64,000 nt of DNA from NCBI RefSeq assembly GCF_009914755.1, contig NC_060934.1. One strand, given 5' to 3'. This DNA is from the human T2T-CHM13v2.0 reference genome, Homo sapiens. The position numbers and the translations under genes were made by a program. Positions within the stretch are counted from its first letter, which is position 1; every line of letters begins with the position of its first letter. The notes under the pieces are model-generated. The model was not told where the DNA came from, searched no databases, and saw nothing but the letters and a program-made list of their open reading frames with translations. Below, piece by piece: positions 57,451-64,000 of this stretch.

Positions 57451-57573
57451 CTATTTCAGGTTTTAATCTCTCTGCTTTTTTAAACAGCCTCTGCAAGAAG
57501 TTAAAAATAGTTTTGCTGATTTAGAGTCATCCTCCTAAGAACCTAGTAACTAGTCAATTTTGGAGTTAAGTAG

Positions 57574-58228
<655 letters not shown>

Positions 58229-60919
58229 GCTTATTTCACCCTCAGGAGAGCAGCAACCCCCAAACCTGGGACAATCACCCCTTCATTGAAGAGGGAAGGA
58301 GGCAGCACATCTCCCTATATTTCTCTGCAGTAGCTATGTGCAGCGGTATGGAGGACAAATATTTCATGGTATTTTCCTGGGTTGCTTAGGATAAAGAAAA
58401 ATGCATGCATACCTGGTGGTCAATTTCCCCAGGAGCATGGCTAACTCTATGATCTAGTATTTATAGAGTTCTAAATGGTAGATGAGATGCTCTATCTGCA
58501 CCATTAAGCCTTATTCCTATGCCAACTATTCTCAACTTGATAACAAATATGTAACTACTTGATAAGATTGCCATCTGTGGCCAATTCAATAATAAATCAG
58601 ATGAAAACATTTAACATTGACTTTATGCAGTCGAAAGCAAAATGAGGATTTTTTCTGACATTTAAAGCTATAGAATGTCAGAGGTAGAAGGGACCCCAGC
58701 AGTCACCTAGTCCAGTTTCACATGCAATTGCACACGTGTCCATGTATCACAGCACCTCCAACCAATGATATCCTTAATTATCTGAGTGAAATGCAACTTG
58801 CTGTCTCAAGTAAGAATTCATTCTAATTTAACACATATTTTTTACCCATTATATGAAGCCTCAAACTTCAAACTTCCTTCTTACAACTTCTTTCCACTAC
58901 TCATAACTATGTCTTATGGACAATTGTTTTCTATATGAATAATGCTCCCAGCTATTTTGTTTCCATATAGACTATTATTTATTCTCTATCAATAAAATAT
59001 TTTCCAAATGAAATTCATCCTTTTTCCTGCAACCTGTGTACTACCTAAAGCATGGATTTGAGTCCGCTCAAGTTCCTGGAACCATGAAAGCTAAGATCTT
59101 GTATTTGCATGCCTCAATATGTTTTTGTCTTTCGTTTCACAAAACAATTTTGACTTATTGTTAAGAAAAAAAATCCAAAGTAATATTTTCTCTGATGACA
59201 AGTATCATAAATTGGCAATCCAATGAAACTTCTTCATTACATAAATATTATCATAAATTAATGCTCTACATCGTTTATGGAAAAATAGTTACTGTTTGCA
59301 TTTATTTTTATAGTGTCTATATCAAGAAAATAATGTCCCCCAAATAAATAAAGAGTCAAGAAAAATAATGGGAATTTTGTTTTTCTCATTATTTTCATTA
59401 GGGCAGTTTTAAAATTGCCCTTGAATATGTTAGTTATTTCTCTGATATTTTAAATAGTTGAAGCCTAAAGTGCACAGATGATATTTGAACATAATGAGGT
59501 TTTTCTTTCTGGAATGTAGTCCTTGTTATAAAAATATGAATGATAGTAGCAATGAGTAGGATATGTTAATAATTATTTATAATGGTTCATTCTAAGTTTA
59601 ATAATTAACATAAAATGGCAAAAAGAAACATTTGATCATGTGTAATATGTATATTGTAAAATGACATTGCACAATCAGTCTAGAGGAAGTTAATGAGTGC
59701 CCATTTGAAATCCCTACTCATTTATGTTTATGCTTATTAGTATATAATAATTAATAAAATAGTTGGTGATAAGAAAATGGAATATGTAAATAGTTCTCCA
59801 TATGTAAGCCCCAGTGATGATATTTTCTTTGGAAAAATGATTCTTATATGTCACATTTTTAAGAGGCCAAGTTTAGTATATCCATTTCAGACACCAGAAT
59901 TAACTTTTATGGAGTAGATTCAGGACTCTTATTTTCTATTAAAAGAAATAAACACGTTTCTCCTCTTTGTGTTTAGGAGAATACTAACAATAATGTATCA
60001 TGGGTTTAAAGAGAGAAATCCTTTCTGCTACTACTCTCTAGGTTTTATTAATTTGGTATCTGTTTTGCTATAATTCCTGCTTGTAGAAGATAAAACTAAT
60101 GTTCATTTTCAATGCAAATATTTAAAAGAAAAGACATAGGAAGTTTTATGACACAGGATAGGACAGCTGTCACTATCAACAACCCCCAAATCTTGCTGAG
60201 TTCATATAATAGGATACTAGTTCTGACTAAAGAGACAGTGTAACGCAGGTTTGCTGTAGAGAGGGAAGCCATCCCCTCTGGCTTTGAAGTATTCGATTTT
60301 ATGCTCTGTGGATGACCACACAGCCAATTTTGGAGGTCGGGACAGGAAATGGCAAGCACATCTTTCTCCCACATTCCACTGAACACAGCTCACTTAATCT
60401 AGGAAAGCACCAAAATGGCGCCCCGCATTCTCAAGAAGAAAAGAAAACGAGATTTGGTGACCAACTTTGTTGTCTGCCACAGACTGATTTAGGGTAATTA
60501 CTTCCCTCACTTATTTTTTGCTGTAATTTCATGATCTAACTCTCTATTCCACACAATATCTCTGGCAATGAACTTTATTACCACTATGGCTTATCCTGGT
60601 GTCCTAACACTCATTCAGGTTACAAGGAGAACAGGGAATAAAGAGGACCATTCAGGATGATGTGGGACCACCTCGAAGCATCAGTGTGCTCTGAGGGTCT
60701 TCAGGAAAATACCTTTCTCGCTTCACATCTCTCTCCTGCTGCTCACTCACATGACTACTGGAAGCACATTCCCCACCACCACACAAGCCCACATACCCGC
60801 ACACAACCCTCACCCAATGCTGGAGAGAAAGCACTCCAGGAGGAGAATTCTGTCATACTCCTTCACACCATTTCACTCTTGAAACTCTTCCCACCGATAT
60901 CTTTCACTCCGGCTACTAA

Positions 60920-61324
60920 TTTTTCTCTTTACATTTTGTTTTTAACTTTTAAGTTCAGGTGTGCAAGAGCAGGTTTGTTACAAAGGTAAATGTATGTCAT
61001 GTGGGTTTGTTGTAGAGATTATTTCATCACCCAGGTAATAAACCTAGTACCCATTAGTTATTTTTCCTGAATCTCTCCCTCCTCCTACCCTCCACCCTCT
61101 GAAAGGTCCCAGTGTGTGTTGTTCCCTTCTAAGTTTCCTTGTGTTCTCATCATTTAGCTCCCACTTATGAGTGAGTACATGCAGTATGTGTTTTTTTTTT
61201 TGTTCCTGTGTGAGTTTATTAAGGATAATGACCTCCAGCTCCAACCATGTCCCTGCAAAGACATGATCTTGTTCTTTTTCATGGTTGCGTAGTATTCCAT
61301 GGTATATATGTACCACATTTTCTT
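60920..61324 (-). mobile_element. L1PA13-like (L1PA12-16) 3' end
   Basis: GATTATTTCATCACCCAGGTA, CTAGTACCCATTAGTTATTTTTCCTGA, GTAGTATTCCATGGTATATATGTACCACATTTTC. Confidence 0.9.
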
Positions 61325-61327
61325 GAT

Positions 61328-61925
61328 TCCTACAATCTATTCTTCCTACAACAGCAACAGTAATTGTTTGAAATTATACATAAGACTTCATCACTATTTT
61401 GTTCAAAATTCTTAGGATTCTTCCCAATACTTTTAGGATAGGGCTCAATTGCTTTATCATTGACTGCAAGGCCCTGTGTCCTCTGAACCTGCATACCTAT
61501 CCAAGTTTATCTCCAACACTATCCCACTGTATTACCCTACTCTGTCTACAAAGTCTTTTCTGTTCTTTGAACAAACAAAATTTATTCTTACCTGAGGGTC
61601 TTGCATCCACACTCAGACCTTACTTGGTTTTAGTTTTCAGAAAGGCCACCAAGGACCATCCTATTTAAAACAGTCCCCATGGTTAGATCCCACCTCCGTC
61701 ACCTTTTCCTAGTGAGTTTTCACCACAGAACTTATGATTACCTGACTGCAGAATAGATTCACGTGTTTGCTTGTTAATGGCCTGCAACGTCCACTCACAT
61801 GTTATTCCCATGAGTGCAACAGGCTTACTTTCCTGTCCCATTTATGGAACCCAAAATAGTGCCTGGTATCTAATAGTCACTCAATAAGTATGTTTTGAAT
61901 AAATGAGTAGATGAATACATAAATA
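61328..61925 (+). mobile_element. L2 3' portion
   Basis: CAAGGCCCTG, CCTGAGGGTCTTGCA, TAGTGCCTGGTA...CACTCAATAAGTATGTTTTGAATAAATGA end. Confidence 0.75.
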
Positions 61926-62060
61926 ATGAAAAGGAACCATGATTGGTTGTAGAAGGATAGGTAGGATTTTGCCAGGTGAGAACTAATTATTGTACATTCA
62001 AAGCCAAAGGAGCAGCAAATGCATATTAATTAGAAAACAAGTCTTAGGACAATTTAGCTA

Positions 62061-62139
62061 TTAGATTGGTGCAAAAGTAATTGGGGCTTTTCCCATTGAC
62101 AATAATGGCAAAACTGTAATTACTTTTGCACCAACCTAA
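62061..62139. mobile_element. MADE1 (Hsmar1-derived mariner MITE)
   Basis: About 79-bp palindromic element TTAGATTGGTGCAAAAGTAATT...AATTACTTTTGCACCAACCTAA, preceded by TA. Confidence 0.95.
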
Positions 62140-63483
62140 ATGGAACAGTATTTCTCATATTTTTAAGTAACTTTCTAAGTTTATGAAATAGAAAAAAATG
62201 TAAACTTTTCATAAGAATATGTTGCTGTTTTATTTCTTGAACTAAGCCCAGCAATCTTTGAATATTCATTTTCTAGGAGAGCCTTAAGTTTATACTTGCA
62301 AAATATTCTAATCAATAAGTAATTCATAGTCACTATGTGTTTAATTTTAGCACTAACCTTAATAATCTCTAAATGTATGGAAGATGAAGGCATACCATCT
62401 TCTTAAATTTTATGTAATATTTTACCATTATAAAATATTGTCATTTATAATAGCACACAACTTATCCTAAACAAATTTAAAAGCTTTATATGTTACAACA
62501 CAAATTAGGCATCAGCTGAACTTTACACTAAATATTATTCTATATGATTGACAATATTAAAATTTTCTCGACCAAACATGCTGTTGAATTATTGTCATCT
62601 TTTTTATGTATGTATTAAAATGTACTTGTCATGTTTCCAAAATTCAGGAATGTTAAACTGTAATAATATTAATTACCAAGTTAAAGATTGGGGAAGTTTT
62701 CCTTCATTGTGCAATCTTAAAATAATTATAGACAAAGTCACTTTACTGTCACCGTCTTCATATGATTGAGATATCCTCACCACTGTAGCTTTTGGGTGGT
62801 ATATAATATGTAATTAACTCCTAAATATTACAAATCGTAGTTTTCCTCTATCAGTTGTATAATACTACATTTTGTTAGTTCTGGAAATTAAAAGAAATTC
62901 CTTGATTCTATATTGTTGCCTGTATAGAAGTTGATTTTTCATATTTCCTTTAAAAATGAAATAAATGCTTCCTTCAATTTTTCTTTAATTACTGTATGGC
63001 CAAGCCCATTGAATGATATGAATCCAGATATCTGTATGCTTGCCTGTAATTTCCACAATGTGATCTTTAATGGCAGGGAATTCATCTGTCAGAGTGAGGT
63101 GTGCCTCTATCCTTTGTGTTGACTTTAGTGTGAGCTTACCCACTATAGTTTGTTGCTGCTGCAATTCCTTTCAATACATTCTGAATTGGTAGTGAATTTC
63201 AGATCATCAATATAAAGTCTCATGTGGCCAATGCTGCTGTTTATTTTATTTCAAGACATTATCCATGCTGAAATTGGCAACTTTTCAAGGCTACAGTCAA
63301 GGACAATGCTCTTTAGTTTCCAAACCACCAGTCTCTGCATTTCACTGGCTGTGTGGCACATCTCATTACATACTAAGTTCTGTTGAGCTATTACTACTTA
63401 CACTATTTTAGAGCTTGTTTGATGGACTCATTTTGCCCTTTAAGACCTATAGGATGAATGAGGGAGTCTTAAGATCATGAGTG

Positions 63484-63782
<299 letters not shown>

Positions 63783-64000
63783 TCATGAATGAGGGACATT
63801 TTTCACTTGAGAGATGTCTTCTATTTTGTAGTAAAAACACACTTTTTAGTATTTCCCTTTGGGTCTTATATCTCCTCATCAGCCTCGTGGCCTTGTGGAT
63901 AAAACTATTTACCATCCTCCAGCATTCTTCGTGAATCTCTCCAGATTTATTTCTGGTCCATTGCCCTCAAGGGAGAACCACGTTCTCCCTTCACTCATCA

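Overview
AT-rich, CpG-poor primate (human or great-ape-like) non-coding DNA, probably intergenic or deep in a large intron. I could not identify the locus. I find no supportable protein-coding gene, RNA gene, CpG island or CRISPR array. The ORFs I can assign come from Alu, L1 or MaLR repeats, and the rest look like chance. The window holds about 21 Alu/FLAM copies, L1 fragments from an L1PA2-like 3' end to old L1M/HAL1 pieces, three MST elements (one full-length), MLT1 LTRs, MER1A/MER20/MER58A/MER5/MADE1 DNA transposons, MIR/L2 relics and microsatellites. Subfamily calls come from recalled consensus features, not a RepeatMasker run. I see no new biological system. The most unusual signals are fossil templated insertions. 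(1) A compound insertion inside a MIR at 18193-18636 is built from inverted copies of two nearby loci (20360-20465 and 17703-17733) and was later split by an AluY. (2) A 223-bp, about 94% identical direct copy of MST-internal DNA (49068-49290) sits at 51156-51378 with snap-back-like junctions. There is also a probable short L1 3' transduction and a speculative chain of plus-strand non-coding exons at 37-47 kb.
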